Shown in pieces: positions 10,080 to 18,915 of a stretch of DNA of 64,000 nucleotides. Every line of letters starts with the position of its first letter. Position 1 is the stretch's first letter. Under the pieces are notes generated by a model. That model was not told the origin of the DNA. It ran no database searches and worked only from the letters and a program-made list of their open reading frames with translations. A program made the position numbers and the translations under genes. This DNA is from a bacterium. GTDB lineage: Bacteria > Bacteroidota > Ignavibacteria > UBA10030. Location of the stretch: contig JAZDJN010000101.1 in assembly GCA_043803945.1 (NCBI GenBank), positions 12,790 through 76,789 of the forward strand. Reading direction: 5' to 3'.

Positions 10080-10526
10080 TTAAAGCCTCTCTAATTCCTC
10101 GATGTCGAGGAGGTCTTGTTTTCGACCTGCGATTTTTTTGCTCGTAATAAGGTCTTGTTTAGAAATATAAAAGACCTCTTGGTTTCCAAATTTCCCTGTT
10201 ACTTTTCGATCCCACGTTTCATGAAAATCAATCCCGGATATTCCAATAATCAAGTCAATGCGAAGAGGTGGATATCCCAACTGAATCACAGTATTGGGAT
10301 TCATAAGATCATCAAGCGTGATATCGAGACTACCAAATCCAAAATCCTTCAAGACAAGGATGATACGCTCAGCATTTTCTCTTTCCGTACAGAGAAGAAT
10401 ATCAATATCGCGCGTGAAGCGCGGCCGAGCGTGGATAGCAAATGCATACCCACCAACGATTAAATATTTCGCTTTATGATTGTTTAATAATTCGAAGAAC
10501 TCTTCGAAATCCTTCGGCACCATCAT
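10080..10526 (-). CDS. Nucleotidyltransferase-fold protein (DUF6036/AbiEii-like)
   Basis: YLIVGGYAFAIHARPRFTRDIDIL and KKIAGRKQDLLDI motifs; start adjusted to MMVPKDF. Confidence 0.85.
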   Translation of the reverse strand: MMVPKDFEEFFELLNNHKAKYLIVGGYAFAIHARPRFTRDIDILLCTERENAERIILVLKDFGFGSLDITLDDLMNPNTVIQLGYPPLRIDLIIGISGIDFHETWDRKVTGKFGNQEVFYISKQDLITSKKIAGRKQDLLDIEELERL

Positions 10527-10680
10527 ATTCATTTTCAAACTGATTCATTTTTGACCATTGTTGGCGAAGCGTCTCAAGAACCATGAGCTTATAGTCAATC
10601 GTTTGACTTCTCCAGAAATTCAACTCGTCAATCTCTTGTTTGGAGTCGTTGAGCGGGTATTTATTGATTTTTTTATTCAT
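10474..10680 (-). CDS. Small partner protein (putative antitoxin) of the nucleotidyltransferase
   Basis: MNKKINKYPL...FWRSQT...GFRRVLRIIKQS; overlaps the NTase start. Confidence 0.65.
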   Translation of the reverse strand: MNKKINKYPLNDSKQEIDELNFWRSQTIDYKLMVLETLRQQWSKMNQFENEYDGAEGFRRVLRIIKQS

Positions 10681-10872
10681 AGTAAAAACCGACAATTTAC
10701 ATTTTCCAGAGATTATAAATGGTCAATGATATACAGTTAACGGTTTGCGATAGACAGTTCACCGTCAAAAGTTCACAGTATACAGTTTACTGTAATAGAT
10801 TTCCTAAAACCTCTCTCGTTGTCATCTTGAGTATCCATTGTTGATTCTCTTGCTTCTGCATAGGTTGGCACC

Positions 10873-11370
10873 TCACCGTTCATCCTTCAGCAAATCTTTC
10901 ATCTTCTTCCATAAATCTTCGAGATCCTCGGAGATTAGTTTGACATCTCCCAGGACCGGCATAAAGTTCGTATCGCCTGACCAGCGTGGGACAATATGAA
11001 AATGAACATGCTTATCAATTCCTGCACCGGCGACTCGTCCTAAATTGGCCCCGAAGTTAAAACCATGCGGGTCACTAATTTCTCTCAAGGCATTCATCCC
11101 CATCGAAGATGCCCTCATTATTTCAGCGGTTTCTTTTGCAGTCAGCGACGTAAAATCACCGGTATGGCGATAGGGTACCACCATAAAATGTCCGCTATTA
11201 TAGGGAAAGCGATTAAGAACGATGAAACAGAACTCTCCTTTCCAAACCACAAGGTTTTTGGATGTCAACCTTCCTTTTGGCACACTGCAAAACAGACAGC
11301 TTCTGGTTTTTTTTCCATTCGAGAAGGATTTTATATAGGTCGAGCGCCATGGAGAATGCAGTTTCTTCAT
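10873..11370 (-). CDS. HIT-family hydrolase (Ap4A phosphorylase/FHIT-like)
   Basis: CLFC, LNRFPYNSGHFMVVP and the histidine triad HVHFHIVPRW. Confidence 0.93.
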   Translation of the reverse strand: MKKLHSPWRSTYIKSFSNGKKTRSCLFCSVPKGRLTSKNLVVWKGEFCFIVLNRFPYNSGHFMVVPYRHTGDFTSLTAKETAEIMRASSMGMNALREISDPHGFNFGANLGRVAGAGIDKHVHFHIVPRWSGDTNFMPVLGDVKLISEDLEDLWKKMKDLLKDER

Positions 11371-11402
11371 CGGCTACTCTGAGAAATTGCAATAAAACGC
11401 CA

Positions 11403-11770
11403 TTATTGTTCTGCTTTCTGTTTCTTGAGCTTCTCTTCTAAAAATACAAGATCAAGCTTATCTTTTTCTCGAACCGTCTGCTTGAGTTGCCATAGTAATT
11501 CTACCGAGGCAAATGGAATTACTACACCTCGATTTCTACCATTTCTCTCAGGGATGCAACTTCGTTATACGCGTACCCACCAGCGGAAATTAACAGATCG
11601 ACGACAATTTCATCGGCGATTTTAACGACCATATAATTTATTAGATCATCTGGTGTCGCCTCGAGCGACGCCTTATCTGGTAAGATTGAAAGAGCATCAC
11701 AGACTTTGAGTAAATCTTTTAACTCTGGTGGTCTTGATTCGAGTCTCGTGTTATCATGCTTAGTACCCAT
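11403..11770 (-). pseudogene. Nucleotidyltransferase pseudogene (apparent internal deletion plus frameshift)
   Basis: SRPPELKDLLKVCD joins directly to ALSILPDKA with no GG..DxD segment; after EIE a 1-nt shift continues GVVIPFASVELLWQLKQTVREKDKLDLVFL to TAA at 11403-11405. Confidence 0.7.
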
Positions 11771-11937
11771 TGCTGGCTTTCTTCGAATGTCTTAAATCGA
11801 TAGACTCCTTTCGGAATAAAGGGATTCCCTTTTCGAAGTCTGGCAACCAATGCAAGAAATCCGCGTGCCTTTTCCAGATTGATCTCTGTGGGTTGCCGTC
11901 GTCCAATAATCTTTATGGGCTGTATTTCTGTTTTCAT
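11719..11937 (-). CDS. Small basic partner protein of the NTase module
   Basis: 72 aa with PKGVYRFKTFEES; overlaps the NTase pseudogene start, the same layout as 10080-10680. Confidence 0.7.
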   Translation of the reverse strand: MKTEIQPIKIIGRRQPTEINLEKARGFLALVARLRKGNPFIPKGVYRFKTFEESQQWVLSMITRDSNQDHQS

Positions 11938-11997
11938 CGGATAATCTGGTATTACTTTTCGTCATTCACTGTAAGATATTTCAGAGTCCTCACCGAA

Positions 11998-13317
11998 TTA
12001 TATTCCATCTCCCAACAACTCAATTTTCTCTCTTCCAATCTTGATATTCTTTGTTGCATTACGAGTATCAACAATCCTTTTCGAATTCTTCACGATAAAC
12101 TCATAATCGAACTCTGAGTGATCCGTAGTGATCACAACACAATCAGCTTTCTTTAAAATATTTTTTGTCAGGGATACCGATTTGAAGTGTGCTCCATCGA
12201 AATCAAGCTCCTTGACGAAGGAATCGTGATAGGAGATATTCCGCGCACCATCGGCATGGAGCAGTTCCATGACTCTGATTGCCGGAGAGTGGCGGATATC
12301 GTCCACATCGCGTTTGAAGGCGACGCCGAGGAAGAGAATATTTGCGTCTCTGAAACTCTTCGGCATCATACTCATTTCCCGAAGGATCATATTTTTCACA
12401 TAGAAGGGCATATTCTCGTTGGTCTCTGCAGCCAGGGTGATAAAGTTGGTGTGGAAATCATACGCATGGGCAAGCCATTTGAGGTAATAGGGATCGATCA
12501 AGATACAGTGGCCGCCAATACCCGGGCCGGGATAAAAAGGCATAAATCCGAAAGGTTTTGTTGAAGCCGCCTCGACAACTTCCCACATGTTGATTCCACC
12601 CATCCGATCGCAAAGCAAGGCAAGTTCATTCACCAGGGCAATATTCACGCTGCGGAAAATATTCTCCAACAGTTTTTCCATCTCGGCAACTTTAGGGTTG
12701 GAAACCGGAACGACCTTTGCAATAACCTGAGAGATAATGAGGCAAGCCAGTTCTGTACATCGGGCAGTGACTCCACCGACAACAACGGGGGTGTTGGCGG
12801 TTGTCCATTTCTTATTCCCCGGATCGATTCGCTCAGGAGAGAAGGCGAGGTAATAATCTTTTCCAACAATCAACGAAGATTTTTCCAGGATCGGGAGCAC
12901 ATATCCCTCTGTCGTATTCGGGAATGTGGTGCTCTTCAGAATAATAATATGATCTCTGCGCAGCCGTGGAGCGATCTGGTTTGCCGCATCGACTATAAAC
13001 GAGATATCTGGTTCTTTGTTTAGAGTGAATGGTGTGGGCACACAGATAAAGATTACATCGAGGTCGCTCACCTCCAAATAATTATTAACGGCGCGGAGGT
13101 TTCCTTCCTTCACTGCTTTATTGAATTTGTGCTCCTCAACGTCGTCGATATAATTCTTCCCTGCATTGACAGCATCGATTTTTCTTTTGTCGATATCGAT
13201 ACCGACTGTCTTATATCCTTTTGCCGCATACTCAACTGCAAGGGGCAGTCCGACATATCCTAATCCTACAATGCCGATTGTTACTTTCTTCGATTTTATT
13301 CGTTGTTCCAGTGTCAT
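11998..13317 (-). CDS. Nucleotide-sugar (UDP-GlcNAc-type) 6-dehydrogenase, WbpA/WecC family
   Basis: Motifs GLGYVGLPLA, ICVPTP, FSPERIDPGN, GPGIGGHCI and VVITTDHS. Confidence 0.95.
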   Translation of the reverse strand: MTLEQRIKSKKVTIGIVGLGYVGLPLAVEYAAKGYKTVGIDIDKRKIDAVNAGKNYIDDVEEHKFNKAVKEGNLRAVNNYLEVSDLDVIFICVPTPFTLNKEPDISFIVDAANQIAPRLRRDHIIILKSTTFPNTTEGYVLPILEKSSLIVGKDYYLAFSPERIDPGNKKWTTANTPVVVGGVTARCTELACLIISQVIAKVVPVSNPKVAEMEKLLENIFRSVNIALVNELALLCDRMGGINMWEVVEAASTKPFGFMPFYPGPGIGGHCILIDPYYLKWLAHAYDFHTNFITLAAETNENMPFYVKNMILREMSMMPKSFRDANILFLGVAFKRDVDDIRHSPAIRVMELLHADGARNISYHDSFVKELDFDGAHFKSVSLTKNILKKADCVVITTDHSEFDYEFIVKNSKRIVDTRNATKNIKIGREKIELLGDGI

Positions 13318-13434
13318 ATTGCTATTCTCATTAATGTTATCGTTTATATTTTACCACATAGTTCAAAAAGGGCAGAACACTATATCATGCACTATCGTAT
13401 CAATACTGCGAAAAACCACCACTACAAGCTCTTA

Positions 13435-13890
13435 CTACCATCCTCTTTGTTGAATGAATGCTTTTGTCGAATCGATTGCCCTAAGAAGACTTGGGTATCG
13501 AGCGATGATCTCACTATTGATTCGCGGCAATTCGGAGAAAAGGTATTCATGGACAATTTCGTTTCTCAGATCTCGTATCAGTATCAATTCATCCGCTGAA
13601 GGAATCATTTCCAGCTTTTCAGCCAAATTTGCTTTATCAATGAATGATCGTGGATTTTCTCTCAGAAGAAGGAAAATTGTTTTTAATATTTTTTGAGAAT
13701 AGAGATCCGCAATACGAGCAAATTTTGATGACAGCGAATCGAACGATTCTTGCTCTTCAAATGTATGGCTCGCCTTCAACCCGATCTTTGTGCATTTCTC
13801 ATTCGAATACTGCAATCCTTCAAGAGCAGCGGAGAGATCAGTAAGATCGTTCTTTAGTTCCAATTGTATGTGAGCTTCTGAGTGCTTCAT
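13435..13890 (-). CDS. HEPN-domain toxin / NTase substrate-binding subunit
   Basis: IRDLRNEIVHEY (Rx4H); 4-nt overlap with the MNT gene. Confidence 0.85.
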   Translation of the reverse strand: MKHSEAHIQLELKNDLTDLSAALEGLQYSNEKCTKIGLKASHTFEEQESFDSLSSKFARIADLYSQKILKTIFLLLRENPRSFIDKANLAEKLEMIPSADELILIRDLRNEIVHEYLFSELPRINSEIIARYPSLLRAIDSTKAFIQQRGW

Positions 13891-14174
13891 AGCTCGATTG
13901 AATGGCTAAGGGCGATACTCTTGAAGGGATCGATATCGTCAAAGGTAAAATTCACAAGATCAATTTTTTGTTCACCGCACGTTTTATAAAATTCTATCCG
14001 CATTCTTGACAGATCCGAATAGTTCAATCGTTCCTTTGTCAGAATGAGGAGATCGATATCTCCCCCTTTTTCGCTGTCAGAAATCCGAGACCCAAAGAGA
14101 AAGATCCTTGCATCGGAAAAATGTTCTTTGACGTAGGCGGCTAAAAAAATTTGTATGGTCTGTTTTAATCTCAT
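13887..14174 (-). CDS. Minimal nucleotidyltransferase (MNT) antitoxin
   Basis: LFGSR...GGDIDLLI and GEQKIDL motifs. Confidence 0.9.
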   Translation of the reverse strand: MRLKQTIQIFLAAYVKEHFSDARIFLFGSRISDSEKGGDIDLLILTKERLNYSDLSRMRIEFYKTCGEQKIDLVNFTFDDIDPFKSIALSHSIEL

Positions 14175-14210
14175 ACAACTTTCAACGTCTCGCTTCGCAT
14201 TAGAATTTCT

Positions 14211-14510
14211 TTATGCATGCCTGCGAAAATACAATGTGAAGTAGTTTTTCACTTTTGGTAAATAATTACAGCGTGCCTGGCGCGTCCGTTTGCGGAATAT
14301 TTTTGCGGTCTGAGAAAGTCCTATCACATCAAACAGCTTTTTCACATCTTCCAGCAATCCATAATTGAGGATGGTCTCAACCAAGAACTCATCGCTGATA
14401 TGGACTTTTGCATCATCCTTAATATACCAGAACAACTGCTTCCGCTTTCGAATAAATTGCTCTCGCTGGCTTTGAGAATTAATTGCGGTTTTCCTCATCA
14501 GTGTCCTCAT
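14211..14510 (-). CDS. DUF6922-like small protein (AbiEii-associated)
   Basis: LFWY...VETILNYG..EDVKKLF pattern; translationally coupled to AbiEii. Confidence 0.7.
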   Translation of the reverse strand: MRTLMRKTAINSQSQREQFIRKRKQLFWYIKDDAKVHISDEFLVETILNYGLLEDVKKLFDVIGLSQTAKIFRKRTRQARCNYLPKVKNYFTLYFRRHA

Positions 14511-15193
14511 TACGCGTGCGAGAGTGAATTTTCTCTTTTCTGGGCAATATCCTTGGCAATTCTCTGGAGATCATTGAATGCGTCCTGAAACGATATATCA
14601 GAAACCCAATGGACTTTTGCTAAATACTCAATAGGAAACTCACTGAGCACTAGGCTTAAATCAATTGGATCCAGATACGACGTTTTCTTTTCCCCTTCTT
14701 CCAATGCAGAGGCCCAGGTAAAGGATCTCGATCGGCAGATGTAAAGGATATCAGCTATGTCTTTTGGTTCTCTCCGGTCAAGTGCGGTCAGCTTATTGGT
14801 CAAGATATTCCACCAGTTATCAACTCTCGGAAACAGATCAAACTTCTCTGGTAGGCCGAAGCGGTACGGAATATCATTCACGAAATCCACTTTGAGTTCT
14901 ACAGTATTCTTGCTACACTGTACACGGATAAAATCGGCTGTTTTGATTATAATTGTTGCGGTGAGAGCATGTTGTTGAAACGCCGATAAGACCTCTTCAG
15001 TCTGCTCTCGAAATGTATTTGAAGTATTCACAAAAAAATCTATATCATCCGAATAGCGATGCTGCAAAAAAAATCTTCCTAATGCTGTCCCGCCCGTGAG
15101 ATAAAAATCTGTCGTGCAGCTTGCCACAGCTCTCAGCACATCATCCTGCAATGGATAGAGCTTATTGAGATAATAATCGTTTGACAGCAACAT
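14510..15193 (-). CDS. AbiEii/AbiGii-family nucleotidyltransferase toxin (type IV TA)
   Basis: Motifs FYLTGGTALGRFFLQHRYSDDIDFF and NKLTALDRREPKDIADI. Confidence 0.92.
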   Translation of the reverse strand: MLLSNDYYLNKLYPLQDDVLRAVASCTTDFYLTGGTALGRFFLQHRYSDDIDFFVNTSNTFREQTEEVLSAFQQHALTATIIIKTADFIRVQCSKNTVELKVDFVNDIPYRFGLPEKFDLFPRVDNWWNILTNKLTALDRREPKDIADILYICRSRSFTWASALEEGEKKTSYLDPIDLSLVLSEFPIEYLAKVHWVSDISFQDAFNDLQRIAKDIAQKRENSLSHA

Positions 15194-15428
15194 ATTTCTC
15201 CCGGAGAGCTTTCGAATGAATTCTTCTCAGGACCGCATCCGACAACAATTCATCGACATGCTCTATCCCGACAAGATCCAGAATATCATACCACTTCCAA
15301 GAAGTCAGCAGACGGGCATAGAGCCCTTCTCGATCGAGATGGCCAACCCGCTCTCGTTTACCTGCGAGAAGATCCTGTAATTCCTCTTCTGAAAAAGTAT
15401 AATCCCAAAATATTTTTCTCAGTTGCAT
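15162..15428 (-). CDS. Small AbiEii partner (putative antitoxin)
   Basis: MQLRKIFWDY...LYARLL; overlaps the AbiEii start; start adjusted to ATG 15428. Confidence 0.7.
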   Translation of the reverse strand: MQLRKIFWDYTFSEEELQDLLAGKRERVGHLDREGLYARLLTSWKWYDILDLVGIEHVDELLSDAVLRRIHSKALREKYVAVKRLLSQ

Positions 15429-15506
15429 CTTTATTGCCTGAAAGCACAACACAAACAATCAATCTTACAGTTTGACCTGAAGAGCTCTGTCTTGGTACAA
15501 CAGTCG

Positions 15507-17615
15507 CTATTCTGCCTCTTCCTTTGCCTTTTCGGTGGCAGCAATGACCTTCTCGGTCTGCTCCCGCGGCAACTCATCATAGTGGGAGAACTTGGTACGA
15601 TAAATTCCGCGGCCCTGCGTCATCGAACGCAACACTGTCGAATACTTATGCAGCTCCGACATTGGAATCTGCGCTTTGATCTTCTGGAAGGGCCCTTCGG
15701 CTTCCATGCCCATGATCTTCCCGCGGCGGCCGGAGATATCGCCCATCACATCTCCCATATATTCCTCTGGCACGACCACTTCAACTTCATTAATCGGCTC
15801 GAGAAGAATGGGCTTGGCTTCCATAAATCCTTTTTTGAATGCCATGATGCCGGCAATCTTGAACGAATGCTCGTCGGAGTCGACCGTATGATACGATCCG
15901 TCAAAGAGCGTGACTTTCACATCCACCACCTGATAACCGGCCAAGACTCCCTTTTGCATGGTCTCAATAACACCTTTTTCTACGGCAGGAACGAATCTGC
16001 CGGGTACAACACCACCGACGATGGCATCTTCAAATTCAAAGCCCGTACCACGCGGTAATGGCTCAATCTTAATATAAATATGTCCGAACTGTCCACGGCC
16101 GCCCGTTTGCTTTTTGTGTTTGTATTCGATCTCCGCGACGGTCGTTTTAATCGCTTCCTTGTAGGGAATCCTCGGTTCTTTCAGATCGACCTCAACGCCA
16201 TATTTTTCCTTCAGGCGCCGTGTGACAACCAAGAGATGCAGTTCACCCTGACCCGAGATAACCGTCTGGCTCAATTGCCCATCGACTCTGACGACAAACG
16301 TCGGATCTTCCTCATGCAGACTGTGGAGACCATTGGCGATCTTGTCTTCATCGCCCTTCGATTTGGAATGGATCGCCATATGGATCACGGGATCGGGGAA
16401 GGCGATCTTCGGGTAGACCACAGGGAAGGATCTGCTGCCTAAGGTATTATTAGTATGGGTATCTTTTAATTTCACCACCGCCCCGAGATCACCTGCATGC
16501 AGTTTACTGACTTCGCGGCGTTCCTTGCCGTTCATGACAAAGATTTGCCCCAGGCGTTCCGCCTTGCCATTGGTGTGATTCGTCATATCAAGTCCGGCCG
16601 TAACGATTCCGGAATAGACGCGGAAGAACGAAAGCTCGCCGACATGCTGTTCGGAGACTGTCTTGAAGACAAACATCGAAACCTGTCCATTCACATCGGG
16701 AGCAACAGTTACTTCATTTTTCGCTTGCAGATCGGTAGCCGTTACGCTTCCCTGTTCTGCCGGCGATGGTCCGAAGCGGGTGAGAAACTCAAGCAATCCC
16801 AGACCGCCGATGTTCATGCTTGCAGAGGAGCAGAAGACTGGAAAGATTTTCCGTGTCTTCAAGGCAAGCTTCATTCCCTTCTCCAGATCGGCATCCATCA
16901 ATGTGCCTTCTTCGAAGAATTTATTCATTAAGTCTTCGTCCGTCTCGGCAATCTTCTCGATCAATTCTTCATGGAGCGCGTTTGCTTTTTCCTGCAACTC
17001 GGCAGGGATATCGGATTCAGTGAACTTCCCACTGGTATCGCGATTGAATTTGATGAGTTTCATCTTCAGGACATCGATAATCGCGTCGAAGACCAACCCC
17101 TCATTCGCCGGGAACTGCACGACGACCACATCGTGGCCAAACCGATTCTTCGCTGTCGTCAAGGCGTGATCGAAATCAGAATTTTCATTATCGAGTTTAT
17201 TCACTACTAAGACACTTGGCGTGTTATACTGCTTGGTATATCCCCAGACAATCTCCGTCCCGACCTCTGTACCTTCCACGGCCTTCAGCAGGACAACGGC
17301 GATATCGGAGACCGGAATAGAGCCGATCACTTCGCCGGTAAAATCGGAGTACCCGGGAGTATCGAGGATGTTGAATTTGACTCCCTGATAGTCGCAATGC
17401 AGCAGAGCCGCATTGATCGAGATCCGGCGTTCAATTTCATCCGGATGATAGTCTGAGGTTGTGGAGCCATCTTCAACCCGGCCGATGCGATTGATGGTTC
17501 CGGTTGAAAACAACAGTGTTTCCGCGAAGGTGGTTTTCCCTGATCCACCGTGACCGATGAGCGTAATGTTTCGAATTTTATCGATTGGATAATCTTTAAT
17601 TTGTGCTAGTGCCAC
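15507..17615 (-). CDS. fusA: Elongation factor G paralogue (EF-G2 type)
   Basis: GHGGSGKTT, DTPGY, NKLD, HKKQTGGRGQFG, DGSYHTVDS and LRSMTQGRG; stand-alone, outside the rpsL-rpsG-tuf operon. Confidence 0.93.
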   Translation of the reverse strand: MALAQIKDYPIDKIRNITLIGHGGSGKTTFAETLLFSTGTINRIGRVEDGSTTSDYHPDEIERRISINAALLHCDYQGVKFNILDTPGYSDFTGEVIGSIPVSDIAVVLLKAVEGTEVGTEIVWGYTKQYNTPSVLVVNKLDNENSDFDHALTTAKNRFGHDVVVVQFPANEGLVFDAIIDVLKMKLIKFNRDTSGKFTESDIPAELQEKANALHEELIEKIAETDEDLMNKFFEEGTLMDADLEKGMKLALKTRKIFPVFCSSASMNIGGLGLLEFLTRFGPSPAEQGSVTATDLQAKNEVTVAPDVNGQVSMFVFKTVSEQHVGELSFFRVYSGIVTAGLDMTNHTNGKAERLGQIFVMNGKERREVSKLHAGDLGAVVKLKDTHTNNTLGSRSFPVVYPKIAFPDPVIHMAIHSKSKGDEDKIANGLHSLHEEDPTFVVRVDGQLSQTVISGQGELHLLVVTRRLKEKYGVEVDLKEPRIPYKEAIKTTVAEIEYKHKKQTGGRGQFGHIYIKIEPLPRGTGFEFEDAIVGGVVPGRFVPAVEKGVIETMQKGVLAGYQVVDVKVTLFDGSYHTVDSDEHSFKIAGIMAFKKGFMEAKPILLEPINEVEVVVPEEYMGDVMGDISGRRGKIMGMEAEGPFQKIKAQIPMSELHKYSTVLRSMTQGRGIYRTKFSHYDELPREQTEKVIAATEKAKEEAE

Positions 17616-17678
17616 GTACGTCTCCTCTCAAGCTTGGGCATGATCTGTTAAAAGGATTGTTGCTTACCGAGGCCGGGT

Positions 17679-18044
17679 TCAACCGCGAAACCGACCGAAA
17701 AATTCTATTACACTTCCCACAATGGCACCGATAATAGAGGACACCTGCATGATCGGCTCTTCTAGCTGCTGCCGGATGCGGCGCTCAAAGAGGACCACAT
17801 TGTCGGCAACCGTTTTAAACGATTGAAGGGAGCCTTTGATGATGTCGGCCTGTTCATCAATCTTGGCGGCGGCCGACTTCAGACGTTCGGTAATATATGT
17901 CAGATTTTCCAGCACGGGTTTGACGCGCTGTGCAAACTCTGCCAGATCGTGACGAATCTGACGGAGAGTGACGACGAGGTAGATGCACAACACGGAGACG
18001 CTCAGGAGCGCAAGCAGTTGTGCAAGAGCAAGAACCGTTTCCAC
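17679..18044 (-). CDS. DUF948/YoxC-like membrane-anchored coiled-coil protein
   Basis: N-terminal TM helix plus coiled coil; lies near the YtxH gene. Confidence 0.7.
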   Translation of the reverse strand: METVLALAQLLALLSVSVLCIYLVVTLRQIRHDLAEFAQRVKPVLENLTYITERLKSAAAKIDEQADIIKGSLQSFKTVADNVVLFERRIRQQLEEPIMQVSSIIGAIVGSVIEFFGRFRG

Positions 18045-18137
18045 GATACCGTTCCTTCAAAAAGCTGTTCTGTGAGAGAACGCCTCACACAGCGAGGCGG
18101 TGATTTAAAAATGGGCAATGCAAGGCATTTTAAGCTT

Positions 18138-18293
18138 GGGTGTCACGGTCCCCCGCAAAAAACACGGGGCGGGCATACCGTGACACTTCACATCTCGATG
18201 ATTTCACTTGATGCGTCACGAAATCCCTGCCTGCGGCAGGCAGGCTGCCCGCCTCATTTGGATCTTTTGTGGCAGGCGGGGGTTCGTGACGCC
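18138..18293. repeat. Two GTCACG..CGTGAC hairpins carrying inserted micro-elements
   Basis: gtgtcacggt[ccccgcaaaaaacacggggcggg]cataccgtgacac and gcgtcacgaaat[c[cctgcctgcggcaggcagg]ctgcccgcc...ggcggg]ggttcgtgacgc; an empty relative, ggtgtcacggctaggccgtgacacc, is at 62376-62400. Confidence 0.7.
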
Positions 18294-18328
18294 CATAGTT
18301 TTTCCTTTTTTGGACAATCACGAAAATC

Positions 18329-18649
18329 TTAGCTGTTGGATTTTCCCCGAGCATCCGTCAGGATTCGCTCGGCATCGTTCATCAGATCGCTCGCCTGTTT
18401 GCGGGCGTCGTCGATGATATTATCAGACTTTTTTTTTCCTTCGTTGACGATCTCGCCTGCTTTGGCTTTGGCTTTTGCCACCAACTCTTCGCTTTTTTCG
18501 ACCAGCTCATTTGTTTTCTCACGAAGATCGGCGCGCAATTCCTTGCCGGTTTTTGGGGCATAGAGCAATGCAAGAACCGCTCCGACGACACTGCCGGCAA
18601 TAAATCCGACGATCAGGCCTTTTGCCATTCCATCATTCTCGTTCGACAT
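18329..18649 (-). CDS. YtxH-domain protein
   Basis: GFIAGSVVGAVLALLYAPKTGKELR signature. Confidence 0.92.
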   Translation of the reverse strand: MSNENDGMAKGLIVGFIAGSVVGAVLALLYAPKTGKELRADLREKTNELVEKSEELVAKAKAKAGEIVNEGKKKSDNIIDDARKQASDLMNDAERILTDARGKSNS

Positions 18650-18807
18650 AGATGTCTCCTTTCAGGTTATCTCTTCAGGATAGACTTACCATTGGTTGTA
18701 CATGTGACGATCAACCGCGTTTATAACAATTCAGTATTCAAGCATCGAGAACGACTTGCCCTGCCGTGATAAGAGCGCAGTGCATCGCTCTTCGACAACA
18801 GCGCTAC

Positions 18808-18903
18808 CTAACGATGCTTCTTCTTATGACGCATTTTTCGCAAGCGTTTCTTCCGCTTGTGCGTCGCCATTTTATGACGTTTCCGCTTTTTACCGCTCGG
18901 CAT
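18808..18903 (-). CDS. Small ribosomal protein bS22 (AURKAIP1/COX24/mS38-like), 31 aa
   Basis: Below the ORF-track cutoff. Manual translation MPSGKKRKRHKMATHKRKKRLRKMRHKKKHR with AAGGAAG upstream. Confidence 0.88.
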   Translation of the reverse strand: MPSGKKRKRHKMATHKRKKRLRKMRHKKKHR

Positions 18904-18915
18904 CAGCTTCCTTTA

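Noticed and set aside
4190-15428. Integron cassette array or prophage
   Set aside because: No integrase, attC-like sites or phage genes are visible, and the modules are interleaved with core genes.
18050-18320. Structured ncRNA between ytxH and the DUF948 gene
   Set aside because: The hairpins are explained by repeat families seen elsewhere in the window.
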